IMG/VR virus record: IMGVR_UViG_3300024263_000001
Coordinates: 10,353-74,352 of that record
DNA: 64,000 nt
Reading direction: 5' to 3' (one strand)
Origin: a virus
Each line of letters opens with the position of its first letter. Within the stretch, counting starts at the first letter, position 1. A program made the translations under genes and the position numbers. Shown here piece after piece: positions 38,207 through 48,160 of the stretch. The notes beneath the pieces are model-generated. The model made no database searches. It was given only the letters and a program-made list of their open reading frames with translations, and had not been told where the DNA came from.

Positions 38207-39751
38207 ATGTCTGATTTTTTTAATCTAAATATAGATAAAGACGGCCTTATTCTTCAAGATTTGGCGAAGGAAGCCCAACTGGAATTGGCCAGGAGGGATC
38301 CTAACACCTTTGCCGAACTTTGCTTCCAAGATAAAGATGGTCTTCCTTGGGTACAAGCAGATTTTCATAGAGAATGGCATCATTTTCTCCCCCCACCAGA
38401 TGGCAATCAACACCTACTTTTGGTAGAAGCCCCCAGAGAACACGCAAAGACAACTCAGATAGCCGTAGCCAGAACAATTTGGGAACTTGGGCAAAATCAT
38501 AATCTCAGAATCAAAATTGTTACTGGTGAAGATGAACTTGGTAAAGATATTCTAAACGAGATCACACAGAACCTTGAACAGAACGGGAAAATTCACGAAG
38601 TTTTCCCCGATCTGAAACCAGATAAATCAGTAGGATGGACTAAGCACAAAATCTATGTTCAGAGACCAATAATTCAGAAAGATGCTTCGGTTCATGTTGC
38701 GTCGATTCTCTCCTCTGGTGTTGGTGGGCGGGCGGATTTATTGATTTTTGATGATGTGGTCAATCAGAGAAATGCTGTCTACCAACCAGCCCTCCGCCAA
38801 GTTGTAAAATCTACATTTAGAGAAGTTTGGATGAATCTGCTTACCGATGATGGTCGGGCGATTTATATTTTTACCCCTTGGCATACAGATGATTTAAGTC
38901 ATGAGTTGAAGAGAGACTCTGCATGGACATTGTGGAGTAAACCTGCTATAATAGACGGGGAATCCCTTTGGCCTGTTAAGTGGACGCTTTTCAAACTCGA
39001 ACAGAGAAGATTAGGTATTGGGGATCGGGCATTTCAGCGTCAGTTTATGTTGATTGCTCTGAGTGCAGAGGAAACCACATTTAGCAAGAAGGTAGTGGAT
39101 AAGTCGATTCATCAGGATAAGACGTTGGGAGAGATTTATCCAAGAAAGTGGCCCCGCTATGGAGGAATAGATTTAGCATCTAGTTTGGGGAAGAAAGCCA
39201 GCTACACTGTCATTTTTACGGTGGCGGTGGATCCTGATGATGGGAAACGATATCCAGAGGAGATAATCAGGCGCAAGGTTAAATTTCCAGAGTTAGTGAA
39301 ATTGATCGAAGATCGAGGGGATGTCCACCAGTGGGATTTGGTGTTTGTGGAGAATAATAGTTTTCAGGAGGCCCTCGTAACACATTTGGAAGACAAGAAA
39401 CTTGGTTTGGCTATTGAGGGTTATCATACTGGAACTCAGAAGTGGGATGAATTGTTGGGGCTCCCTGGTCTTGCTGCTGTAATGGATAATGGGGGATGGG
39501 TTATTCCTAAAGGCTGTTTAGGGTGTGGTCAAAGTCCATGCATGTGTCATCGAGGAGGGTGTGATTGTGTAGTTTGTGCGTGGGAGCGGGAGTTGAGATA
39601 TCACCCCGTTGCTGAAACCGCTGATATAGTCATGGCGCAATGGCTTTGCGATCAGGCAGTCAAGAAAAATATGCGAAGGGAACCACGAGAATTTTTGGAC
39701 TTGGGTGGAATTTGGAGTGAGTACGACAAACAGCGAGCAGAAGCAAAATAG
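38207..39751 (+). CDS. terL: Terminase large subunit
   Basis: Walker A APREHAKTT, GGRADLLIFDD, TPWHTDDL, nuclease GIDLA, ADIVMA. Confidence 0.93.
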   Translation: MSDFFNLNIDKDGLILQDLAKEAQLELARRDPNTFAELCFQDKDGLPWVQADFHREWHHFLPPPDGNQHLLLVEAPREHAKTTQIAVARTIWELGQNHNLRIKIVTGEDELGKDILNEITQNLEQNGKIHEVFPDLKPDKSVGWTKHKIYVQRPIIQKDASVHVASILSSGVGGRADLLIFDDVVNQRNAVYQPALRQVVKSTFREVWMNLLTDDGRAIYIFTPWHTDDLSHELKRDSAWTLWSKPAIIDGESLWPVKWTLFKLEQRRLGIGDRAFQRQFMLIALSAEETTFSKKVVDKSIHQDKTLGEIYPRKWPRYGGIDLASSLGKKASYTVIFTVAVDPDDGKRYPEEIIRRKVKFPELVKLIEDRGDVHQWDLVFVENNSFQEALVTHLEDKKLGLAIEGYHTGTQKWDELLGLPGLAAVMDNGGWVIPKGCLGCGQSPCMCHRGGCDCVVCAWERELRYHPVAETADIVMAQWLCDQAVKKNMRREPREFLDLGGIWSEYDKQRAEAK

Positions 39752-39778
39752 TCAGAACATTGGAAAGGAGATTGGGGA

Positions 39779-40450
39779 GTGGGTTTTACGGGCAGGAAAC
39801 ATTCAGCAGAAGCCAAACGGAAGATAAGTGAAGCTCAACGGGGTGAAAAGAATCACATGTGGGGAAAGCGTCATTCACCAGAAACTAAGCGAAAAATGAG
39901 TGAAGCTCAGAAAGGGAAAACATTGTCCTTAGATCATCGACGGAAATTAAGTGAGGTTAATCAGGGTAAGAGACACTCGCTAGAGGCTCTCCAGAAGATG
40001 CGTGAGGTCAAGGGGGGCAAAAATCATCCAATGTGGGGGAAGAGGCGACCACTAGAGGTGAGAAGGAAAATAGGTGAAGCTAATCGGGGCGAGAAATCTG
40101 GGCGGTGGACGGGAGGACGTAAACGGGATGGTGGTTATATCCGTATCAAAAAACGTGATCATCCCAATGCTGATTGTAATGGTTATGTTGCAGAACATCG
40201 CTTAGTTATGGAGGAACATCTAGGTCGTTACTTGGAATCTTGGGAGATTATTCATCATATAAATGGCATTAAGGATGATAATCGAGTTGAGAATTTAGAA
40301 TTATTACCTTCCCCAGCCGATCATCTTGTACGTTTGAGAATACAGGATTTGGAGAGAAGGGTATTGGAGTGGGAGCGAGCTTTTTATCGAAGTGTTGGTT
40401 ATTGGCTTGGTGAAAGGCGGGAGAGAATAGAGTTAGAGAGGAGAGCATGA
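39779..40450 (+). CDS. HNH homing endonuclease with NUMOD3 repeats
   Basis: Repeated GK.HS.ETK.K.SEA units; EHRLVM...[15 protein letters not shown]. Confidence 0.92.
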   Translation: MGFTGRKHSAEAKRKISEAQRGEKNHMWGKRHSPETKRKMSEAQKGKTLSLDHRRKLSEVNQGKRHSLEALQKMREVKGGKNHPMWGKRRPLEVRRKIGEANRGEKSGRWTGGRKRDGGYIRIKKRDHPNADCNGYVAEHRLVMEEHLGRYLESWEIIHHINGIKDDNRVENLELLPSPADHLVRLRIQDLERRVLEWERAFYRSVGYWLGERRERIELERRA

Positions 40451-42822
40451 TAGAAAACGAGCAGGGTGGTTCGCCTGAAGTGGTAGTCAGTACCAAGGAG
40501 AGGTTGATTACCAAGACTACCCCCCGCCCCCGACAAATGGAATTACCGTTTCTTATGAGAAGGATCCCGTTCTACGTGGGCCATTACGACTATTTTAAGG
40601 CCACCCCCTGGCGCAATTTGGCTCGCTCGCAACCCATCGTTCAGAACTGTATCGTCGCGCTGACCTCCCAGGCCATTGCACTCAACTGGTATATTACTTC
40701 CCGCGAGAAAGGAAAAGAAGACGATTATGCTCCAGATATTCAGTATCATACAGACGTTCTAAATTCTTTCAATGATGAGGAGTATGATGTTGGGATTGCA
40801 AGAATGCTCTATGACGTTTTCACGATTCCTTTCGGCGGGGCTCTTGAGATTGTTAGATATCCCGATGGTCGGCTTTACAAAGTTCTAAATATAGATGCTG
40901 GAACTCTTCGTCCCACGAAAGCCTACGGTCCTGATTATCCCTATATTCAGTCGTTACCCTGGAATCCTCTTAATACTGTTGTCTTTCGCCGAGACGAGAT
41001 TGGTCGAATTTATCTCTATCCCCGCCCCGAAATTGACAAAGAGGGGTGGGGGATGGCCCCGACGGAGAAGGCATATCTAGCAATTGAGGCACTAAATCTC
41101 GGTGATAGATATTATGTTGGGCTCTTGACAGATACGCCAGAGGCAGGGCTTTTGGATCTCATGGATATGAAGAAGGATGAAGCCATTGCATGGGCACGGA
41201 GCTGGCGTGAGTTATTGACGGGGCAGGAATCAATAAAGGTTCCCATTCTTTATGATCATGAAGAGCCAGCAAGGTGGTTGCCATTTAGCCCTTCCCCCGC
41301 CGATATGATGTATGACCAGGTTCTCAAACGATATACCCAGATTATAACGGCCTGCTTTGGGATTTATATTTCTGATATTGGGCTCTATGAGGAACGCCAG
41401 ACCCTTGCTGGGACTATTCGTACCGAGAGGCGGGCACGAAGACAAGGGCTGGGCGCGGTGATGGCTAAGATTAAGAATCTTTGGGATAGGATTCTGCCCC
41501 CGCACCTTGAGTGGAAATGTGAGGAGGTTGATCCTGAAGATATTAGGTCTCGTGCCGCCGCTAAGGTTGCGACTGCGAATGCAATTAGTATTGGTATAAG
41601 GAGCGCGCTTTTTACTCAAGAAGAAGGCCGCCGTCAGATGATGCAGGATGGGATTTTCACTATCAAGACAGAAGAAAAACTACCTACGGAGTTGGAAGGT
41701 GCATCTCCGATACCAGCATTTACTCGCCCTCAAACCCCCTGGGGGAGTGAGCGTCCAGGTGTTGCCCCATCGGTTGGGGGTCGTGGTGGACCAGGTTCCC
41801 TAAGACTTCAAAGTTTGGCCGCCCAAGGATTCCAGAAGATGCTGGAACATGCATTAAAATTTTCACCTCCCAAAGAGATTATCAGACGGATGGTAGAGGA
41901 AGCACTAAAAGTTCTTTATCCTGTTGTTTTGAGGGCAGATATTGACAAGATTGAAAAAGCAGAGTATTATGAACGATGGCTCAACGAATTAGTACTGCTC
42001 TATTTAGGTGAAGAAAGTATACTTGCAGAAATCATAGAGAAGCAAGAGACAGACGAAAACAAAGAAAAAATCAAAACCATTATCGAGGAAGAACTAAACA
42101 AAAACAATTGGTGGGAAATCGACCTAAGCGATCTCCTAATTTTGGCGGCGCTCGCTGCCGCTTTCACTGAGACAGCAACGGAAACAGTAACCGAAATTCA
42201 GAGAGCATTATTTGAAGATGGAATTCTGGAAACACCAGAATTAGAACTTGGCTGGGAATTTGTGCTAACAGAAACTTTAACATTAGCCCAATTACGAGAC
42301 TACGCTGGACAGATGATCCAAAACGTAAACGAAGGAACCAAATTCTTTATCCGAAGGGCATTATATAGAGGTGTGAAGGAAGGGTTAAGTCAGGCCCGCA
42401 TCAGGGACATGATTGCAGCGGGGGAAAACATAGATACTATCCTAGCAGATGATCCAATCTTAGAATCCATAACCAAAACAACGATAGAAGAACTTAGCCA
42501 GATGACGGGGCCTAGAATAGACAGGATATTGGAGTTTGAGCTAAACCGAGCAAGGACGCTGGCCAAAATCGAAGTCATGAAACGTGCTGGGTTAACAACG
42601 AAGGGATGGGTGCATACTGGCCCTGAGAAAGAGGGCGATCCCTGTGAGATTTGTGTGGAGAACATTGCCTTGGGGTATGTACCATTGGATTATAGATATA
42701 AGAGCGTTTTTGGGGAATGTCTCGGCCCACTTGCCCATCCCCAGGGTCATTGCACGTTAAAAATCAATCGCCGAGAACTCTCGAAATTCACAGAACGGTT
42801 GCAATATTGGAAAGGGGACTAA
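40447..42822 (+). CDS. Portal protein fused to a MuF/head-morphogenesis-like domain
   Basis: Portal-like N-terminal half (IDAGTLR, GWGMAP.E, ACFGI..SDIG); C-terminal KGW...CEIC...HPQGHC. Confidence 0.8.
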   Translation: MIENEQGGSPEVVVSTKERLITKTTPRPRQMELPFLMRRIPFYVGHYDYFKATPWRNLARSQPIVQNCIVALTSQAIALNWYITSREKGKEDDYAPDIQYHTDVLNSFNDEEYDVGIARMLYDVFTIPFGGALEIVRYPDGRLYKVLNIDAGTLRPTKAYGPDYPYIQSLPWNPLNTVVFRRDEIGRIYLYPRPEIDKEGWGMAPTEKAYLAIEALNLGDRYYVGLLTDTPEAGLLDLMDMKKDEAIAWARSWRELLTGQESIKVPILYDHEEPARWLPFSPSPADMMYDQVLKRYTQIITACFGIYISDIGLYEERQTLAGTIRTERRARRQGLGAVMAKIKNLWDRILPPHLEWKCEEVDPEDIRSRAAAKVATANAISIGIRSALFTQEEGRRQMMQDGIFTIKTEEKLPTELEGASPIPAFTRPQTPWGSERPGVAPSVGGRGGPGSLRLQSLAAQGFQKMLEHALKFSPPKEIIRRMVEEALKVLYPVVLRADIDKIEKAEYYERWLNELVLLYLGEESILAEIIEKQETDENKEKIKTIIEEELNKNNWWEIDLSDLLILAALAAAFTETATETVTEIQRALFEDGILETPELELGWEFVLTETLTLAQLRDYAGQMIQNVNEGTKFFIRRALYRGVKEGLSQARIRDMIAAGENIDTILADDPILESITKTTIEELSQMTGPRIDRILEFELNRARTLAKIEVMKRAGLTTKGWVHTGPEKEGDPCEICVENIALGYVPLDYRYKSVFGECLGPLAHPQGHCTLKINRRELSKFTERLQYWKGD

Positions 42823-42831
42823 GAAGAAGAT

Positions 42832-43404
42832 ATGAAACAATACCGAGATTCTAATTGGTTAAGGCAAAAGTATTGGGATGAAGGGTTGACACTTGCCGAA
42901 ATAGGGAATTTGATGGGTGTTTGTCGTAATACTATATTCAAATGGATGAAAAGATTTAATATTCCGAGACGAGGTTCGGCTAGTCGTTTTCAAGGAGGGG
43001 AGCGATCTCTAGAGACACGGAGGAAAATGAGTGAGGCTTTTAAGGGGAAGAATCATCGCCTTTGGAAGGGAGGTCGTTTTAAAGACACAGATGGCTATAT
43101 TCTTATTCATAATCCGAAACATCCTTGTGCGCGCGGTGATGGTTATATATTAGAACATCGTTTGGTTATGATGGAAGAATTGGGTCGTTATTTGGAGTCT
43201 TATGAAATTGTGCATCATAGAAATGGGATTAAAGATGATAATCGGGTTGAGAATTTGGAACTTTTCCCTCATGCAAATCAACATAATATATTAACTGTAA
43301 TAACAAATGAGCATATTAAGCGATTGGAAAGTGAATTGAATGTTCAAAGCCAAAAAACAAAAAACTGGATGGAAGCATATTTTCGTGTGTTAGTTGGTGT
43401 ATAA
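42832..43404 (+). CDS. HNH homing endonuclease
   Basis: WLRQKYW HTH, NUMOD3, EHRLVM...[15 protein letters not shown]. Confidence 0.92.
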   Translation: MKQYRDSNWLRQKYWDEGLTLAEIGNLMGVCRNTIFKWMKRFNIPRRGSASRFQGGERSLETRRKMSEAFKGKNHRLWKGGRFKDTDGYILIHNPKHPCARGDGYILEHRLVMMEELGRYLESYEIVHHRNGIKDDNRVENLELFPHANQHNILTVITNEHIKRLESELNVQSQKTKNWMEAYFRVLVGV

Positions 43405-43424
43405 AGGTAATTAGGAGGATTTGA

Positions 43425-43832
43425 ATGGTGAGTGAAGCAGAAAAGGCGGCAGTCGAGGTTGAACCTCTTTTGGAGGAAGCTAAACAACCACGAAAAGGCC
43501 GCCCTAGGAAAGAAATCACCGATGACGAAGCATTTCGTAAGGTTCATCTGAAGGGACAGCGGGCGATGGTCCGTGCCCTGAAAGGCATACGGGCAATGCT
43601 TGGTGAAAGCGGTGGTGGTCGGGCCAAGTATGTCGAAATCGGGCGGTATTTTATGCCGATGGAAGGTATGCCTGGGTCCGATGCTATAGAGGCGGAAGTG
43701 AACCGACTCATAGCGAGGTATCCCGCAGAAGGGTGGTATCCCCTTTATATTACCTCTCAACCTGGAACTTTAGATGCACAGGGAGGGCAAGTAAAGGGCG
43801 ATCACTTCACTATTCTGTGGGGTCATGATTGA
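43425..43832 (+). CDS. Hypothetical protein with AT-hook-like motif
   Basis: RKGRPRK; strong AGGAGG RBS. Confidence 0.55.
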   Translation: MVSEAEKAAVEVEPLLEEAKQPRKGRPRKEITDDEAFRKVHLKGQRAMVRALKGIRAMLGESGGGRAKYVEIGRYFMPMEGMPGSDAIEAEVNRLIARYPAEGWYPLYITSQPGTLDAQGGQVKGDHFTILWGHD

Positions 43833-44163
43833 GTATTTAGTCTATCTCGCTATTGGTAAACTTCTAATATTTATGATCCAGACGGCGGGGATTCTGGAGC
43901 CCGTCTGGTCTCTTCTTCGTACTCTCGAAATACGATGTCGGAGGCTATTTGCGTTCTGGCCCGCCGAGCATGATTTGGTTGATGAATTTCGGGAGTGCGG
44001 TTTTTGTATTGGTTGTTGGGTCTTCCCAATTTTGGCATTTTGTGGTAAAATAGATATACTTGATTTTATAAGTGGACCAATCGGATTAGTTTTAACTGGA
44101 TTTTTTTCCAGTTTTGTGGTACACTTAATGTCTGGGGGATGGAAGTATTATTTTGGTGAGTAA
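43825..44163 (+). CDS. DUF1360-like membrane protein
   Basis: TM helices with CGFCIGCW. Confidence 0.55.
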   Translation: MIEYLVYLAIGKLLIFMIQTAGILEPVWSLLRTLEIRCRRLFAFWPAEHDLVDEFRECGFCIGCWVFPILAFCGKIDILDFISGPIGLVLTGFFSSFVVHLMSGGWKYYFGE

Positions 44164-44165
44164 AT

Positions 44166-45944
44166 ATGCCATATACGAAGGATAAGCCGCCCGCTAGAAT
44201 TAAGAAGTTGCCTGCCCATGCTAGAGCGATTTGGATCTCTGCTTATAATTCGGCAATCAAGCAATATAAAGGCGATGAAAAGAAAGCAAATGCAACTGCT
44301 TGGGCCGCCGTTTCCAGAGATTATAAAAAAGTGGGAGATAAGTGGGTTAAGAAAATGGATGAAATGAAATATTTCTCTATGGCGTTTTCCAAGATTTCAA
44401 AGCGCCAAGGGATTATGCATTTTGAATTGACCAGTAGTGATACTGATTGGGATACAGAGGAAGAGCGTCTTACACTTGAAATATTTGATGATTTTCGGCG
44501 ACAAGAAGAGGAGAAGAAAGCAAAATTAGAGGAGGAGTATATTCCTCCGTATCTTTCTATGTCTCATTATCGGATGCCAATCGGCGATGTTAATGAGATA
44601 TGGACGCAGGGCGAGAGATTTAAGAACAGAGGTATTTTCTACGATGATAAATTTGGCAGAGCATTGTTCAAGGCTATATTGGAAGAACGGACTAGCGGAG
44701 AAGAGGTTGAGAAGCCTATCAAGGTTAGTATAGGTTTCTGGCCCCGTGAAGCCAGGGAAGAGAATGGTAGAATTGCTTATACTAAAGGTGAATTCGATCA
44801 TGTGGCTGCAACCAGAGTTCCCATCAATGTAAGAGCCACGTTTGACGAGGTGATAGAAAAAAGTATGCTTACAAAGAAAGATGATGCAACATCCATAATT
44901 GGCGAGGAATTGGCCATTGAATTGGATGATGACGAGAGAAGTCGCATGGAAAAAGGCGATTTGAAGGATGGCATGGTTATCAAGGCCGAAGATGAGGACA
45001 TCTTGAAATCACTCTTAGAGGATGAGGATAGTAAGGTTGATTGTGACCGTTTGTGGGCTGCCATTCAAGCTATTGGTAAGGGAGAGGCTGGGAAGCCCGT
45101 GAATGTACCTTCAGATGTACTCTCTAAGGCTAAGAGACTTTATGCAAAACGCTGTAAGGGGAAAGGTAAGGGCCTGGTTTCTATTGGTGAGAGCCCTGTT
45201 GTGGTGGATAGACCTTACGGCGGGGCCACGAGCATCGCCGATGCGGTGGCCTACATGGAAAGTCGAGAAGTTGTATGGGATATAAGAGACGATTTACATA
45301 TTTTCAGTGAGGTTGCAGAGAATATTCTCAAATCTCCTGAAGTTGAAGATAAGAAATCAGCAATGGCGAAAGCCATTAAGGAGTTAGAAGGGAAGTTAGA
45401 GGAAGATCTTATGAGTAAAGACAAAGAAAAAGCCAGTGTGTTAGATCTCTTGGAAGAGGGCATTAAGGACCCCGACGCCACCGAGGAGAAAGGTGATCAA
45501 GTCGTCGAGCCCGCGCCCGAAAAGGAGAGTTCTCTCGATGCACTGTTTGGGGTCTTAAAGACTGTCGTTCGCAATGAGGACCTGGATCGTGCAGGTAAAG
45601 TTGCTGGCGCATTTCAGTGCTTGAAGGCCATTAGCGCGGCTTGTGATCGGATTATCGAGGAAAGTACACCTCGCACCCCAGCAGATGTTATTGCTGAAAT
45701 TAGTGAGGCTGCGAGCAAGGCTGCTTTCGATAAAATGATCGAAGCCATCAAGCCTTTGGCTGAAAAGATAACTATTCTAGAGGCCACTATGAGGGCTCCT
45801 TCTGGAGATCCTCAGAGGAAAGGTCTCACAGTTATTGAGAAAGCACAGGTGCAAGGGCGCGAACCTGTGAAGAAGGGGACCATCGCGTATTATGCGGCAC
45901 TCGCAAGTGGCCTAGACCCCGAAACAGGAGAGGCCATATTTTAA
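44166..45944 (+). CDS. ChaB domain, prohead protease-like domain and scaffold
   Basis: LPAHARAIWISAYNSA...AWAAV...Y.K.GDKW (ChaB); H, VSIGF, HVA.T..P.N (HK97-type protease); helical C-terminus; directly upstream of the MCP. Confidence 0.8.
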   Translation: MPYTKDKPPARIKKLPAHARAIWISAYNSAIKQYKGDEKKANATAWAAVSRDYKKVGDKWVKKMDEMKYFSMAFSKISKRQGIMHFELTSSDTDWDTEEERLTLEIFDDFRRQEEEKKAKLEEEYIPPYLSMSHYRMPIGDVNEIWTQGERFKNRGIFYDDKFGRALFKAILEERTSGEEVEKPIKVSIGFWPREAREENGRIAYTKGEFDHVAATRVPINVRATFDEVIEKSMLTKKDDATSIIGEELAIELDDDERSRMEKGDLKDGMVIKAEDEDILKSLLEDEDSKVDCDRLWAAIQAIGKGEAGKPVNVPSDVLSKAKRLYAKRCKGKGKGLVSIGESPVVVDRPYGGATSIADAVAYMESREVVWDIRDDLHIFSEVAENILKSPEVEDKKSAMAKAIKELEGKLEEDLMSKDKEKASVLDLLEEGIKDPDATEEKGDQVVEPAPEKESSLDALFGVLKTVVRNEDLDRAGKVAGAFQCLKAISAACDRIIEESTPRTPADVIAEISEAASKAAFDKMIEAIKPLAEKITILEATMRAPSGDPQRKGLTVIEKAQVQGREPVKKGTIAYYAALASGLDPETGEAIF

Positions 45945-45962
45945 GTTGGAGTGAAGTGAACT

Positions 45963-47258
45963 ATGAGTCAACAGATTCCTGCTGAATTGGAGTCTCTTGC
46001 GTCTCTATATGATGAAGTGCTGCTTAACGTTCAGCAACTTGCTGGCACGAAAGAAGGCGGCAAGGTTTTGGTGGCGAAGCGTGACGCTCTCGAAACCAAG
46101 ACTGTTGATCCCGTTATGACTGTAGCACAACCATTCACTCCGTCACAGTTCAACTTCCAGTACCCGCAGCCATTAGATCCATTGGAGATTATGGCGGTCT
46201 GTGAGGAGGTTGGAGTTCTTAACGCTATTCCAGAGAAACAGACGCAGTTGAAGGTCGAACTCTGGATGGAGTTAAGTAACCTCTTTATGGATGTCGTTGC
46301 GGGAGGCCAGTATATTGCCTTTGCAGATGGGGAATGCCCAGAGGAGTTTGAGGAGACGGGTACTTATCGTCACGTCACTCTCAAGAACTTGGGCGTGAAG
46401 AAGTCCCTAACTCTCTCCGATATCAAGCATTCGGCGGCTATCTCTGGGGCGGGTGGCATCGCAGCTTTGCTCGGTGCTTTCCCTGCCAGTGAGCGGGAGC
46501 CAGGAGGTTTTGACCTCGCCACGTTCCAGAGAGAACTGGTAGCCGATATCCGTGAGAAGGAGATACGGAAGGGCGCGTCTCTCACCCTTGATGCTTGGGA
46601 CTGGATTCTCGTCAATGGTGCTCTTGCCACCGATCCGCTGGAATTTGACGGTATTACTACTATCGTCACAGCGGCTAATGGTGCCCACTGTAACACCGCT
46701 TGTCCCACTGGGACTTTCTCGGTGTCGGACTTTGATCGTTTCATTAGTGAAGGGTGTGCGAAACCCACTCATATCTTTGGTCATACGCAAGCTCTACAAG
46801 AACTCTCTGTTGCTTACTTCCAGTTAGGGTTTGCTGGTAGCCAGATTATTCAGATTCCTGGCCCTGAGCCCAGAGTCACCCCTGGCTATGGCTTTACTGA
46901 TAGAGTGAACACCCAGGTCGGTCCGTTGCAACTGGTGGGGGACTGGAACTTTGACCGTACTGCTCAGGCTGGTGTTTGTGGTGGCGTATTTACCTCGACT
47001 CTTTATCCTTTAAGGATGTTGCATAATGGGGAACCTCTGGTCTACAGAATTACCCAGATGCCGTTTGCTTATAAGGAATTGACTCCTGGTTGTACTGCCA
47101 TCAGCTTCCAAATCTGGGTGAAGACTGCTCTGGTGATTAAGGCACTGTGCGCTCAGGCTTGTTACCAGGCGTCGTTCAGTGGGAATATTGTTTCCACTTG
47201 CACTCGGATAGGATCACCTGGGCCAGGTCGAACTGGCGGAGCTCCTGTCTTAGCATAG
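45963..47258 (+). CDS. Major capsid protein
   Basis: Position after the scaffold; NG.....PLEFDGI motif as in SU10-like MCPs; 431 aa. Confidence 0.85.
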   Translation: MSQQIPAELESLASLYDEVLLNVQQLAGTKEGGKVLVAKRDALETKTVDPVMTVAQPFTPSQFNFQYPQPLDPLEIMAVCEEVGVLNAIPEKQTQLKVELWMELSNLFMDVVAGGQYIAFADGECPEEFEETGTYRHVTLKNLGVKKSLTLSDIKHSAAISGAGGIAALLGAFPASEREPGGFDLATFQRELVADIREKEIRKGASLTLDAWDWILVNGALATDPLEFDGITTIVTAANGAHCNTACPTGTFSVSDFDRFISEGCAKPTHIFGHTQALQELSVAYFQLGFAGSQIIQIPGPEPRVTPGYGFTDRVNTQVGPLQLVGDWNFDRTAQAGVCGGVFTSTLYPLRMLHNGEPLVYRITQMPFAYKELTPGCTAISFQIWVKTALVIKALCAQACYQASFSGNIVSTCTRIGSPGPGRTGGAPVLA

Positions 47259-47326
47259 AGATAGCTGGAGAAACCGATAGAGAAGGCTTTGAGGGGCGGG
47301 CCATAACCACCCCTCCAAAAGAATAT

Positions 47327-47400
47327 TGTTCGGTAAATCAGGGGTGTTCGCCCTAGGGTAAACATTTGGGGCACCCCAAACAGCATACATTTACCGAACA
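47327..47400 (+). other. Long bulged stem-loop after the MCP gene, abutting the next RBS
   Basis: TGTTCGGTAAAT/ATTTACCGAACA perfect 12 bp enclosing GGGGTGTTC/GGGCACCCC; a second hairpin lies at about 47290-47317. Confidence 0.6.
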
Positions 47401-47411
47401 GAGGAGAAATT

Positions 47412-47726
47412 ATGGCTACTAATACACCAGCGAAAATACCTAACGTCATTCGATTGGCTGTAGCAGTTGCAAGCGAAACACCTGTTACTTTTCACGGTGC
47501 TGTTAGCATCATTGCGTTACGGGTTCAATGTGTAGATGCTATTGCTCTTCGGGTTTCGTTTGATGAAGGCGGCACTTTCAGCACTGATAATTTCTGGACC
47601 ATAAAATCGGGAGCCGTGTGGAGACAGGATGATATTAACTGGACAGTTGATAATCCCGCAATGTGGGTTCGGATTCCCGTTTCGCCCAACGGCGATTCGA
47701 TTGTAGAGATCATATACTGGGGATAA
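47412..47726 (+). CDS. Small beta-rich virion protein (decoration candidate)
   Basis: Directly after the MCP; beta-strand pattern. Confidence 0.5.
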   Translation: MATNTPAKIPNVIRLAVAVASETPVTFHGAVSIIALRVQCVDAIALRVSFDEGGTFSTDNFWTIKSGAVWRQDDINWTVDNPAMWVRIPVSPNGDSIVEIIYWG

Positions 47727-47746
47727 AAGTTAAGAGGGTAAATTAA

Positions 47747-48151
47747 ATGGCTAAATGGTGTGATGAAGGCGAAACCTCGGTGGGGGATGTTTACCTAAAA
47801 GCCTCAGCAGGGGTAGCCAAGTGGTTGGGCCTGTTTGAGAATGCAGTCGAACCCGCGGAGGACGCCGTGATGACTGACATAACGGAGCAAGCAGTAGGGC
47901 TTGGTTATGGCAGAATCCAGTTACTCGATGCAGAGTGGACAGAGCAGGCCACGAAGGGCGAATTTAAGAACTTGGAAAAGACCTTTACCGCCAACGGGGG
48001 CGCTTGGGGCGACCAGTATGGTTATTTTATTACAACCGCTGAGACTGGCACGGCTGGGAAGTTGCTCGCCGTGGAACTATTCAGCGATGGCCCTTATGCG
48101 GTCAATGATGGCTGGAGCGTGAAGATAACGCCTACTATCACTGTTGCGTAA
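47747..48151 (+). CDS. Virion structural protein (fibre-base-like)
   Basis: GY.R......W...F.A.GGAWG...GYFI...G.LL pattern recalled from phage structural proteins. Confidence 0.55.
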   Translation: MAKWCDEGETSVGDVYLKASAGVAKWLGLFENAVEPAEDAVMTDITEQAVGLGYGRIQLLDAEWTEQATKGEFKNLEKTFTANGGAWGDQYGYFITTAETGTAGKLLAVELFSDGPYAVNDGWSVKITPTITVA

Positions 48152-48160
48152 TGAGGTGAT

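Noticed and set aside
39752-40450. Group I intron or intein in terL, portal, polB or dnaB
   Set aside because: These genes look complete and contiguous; the HNH ORFs lie between genes with very little flanking sequence, and no intein splice motifs were seen.
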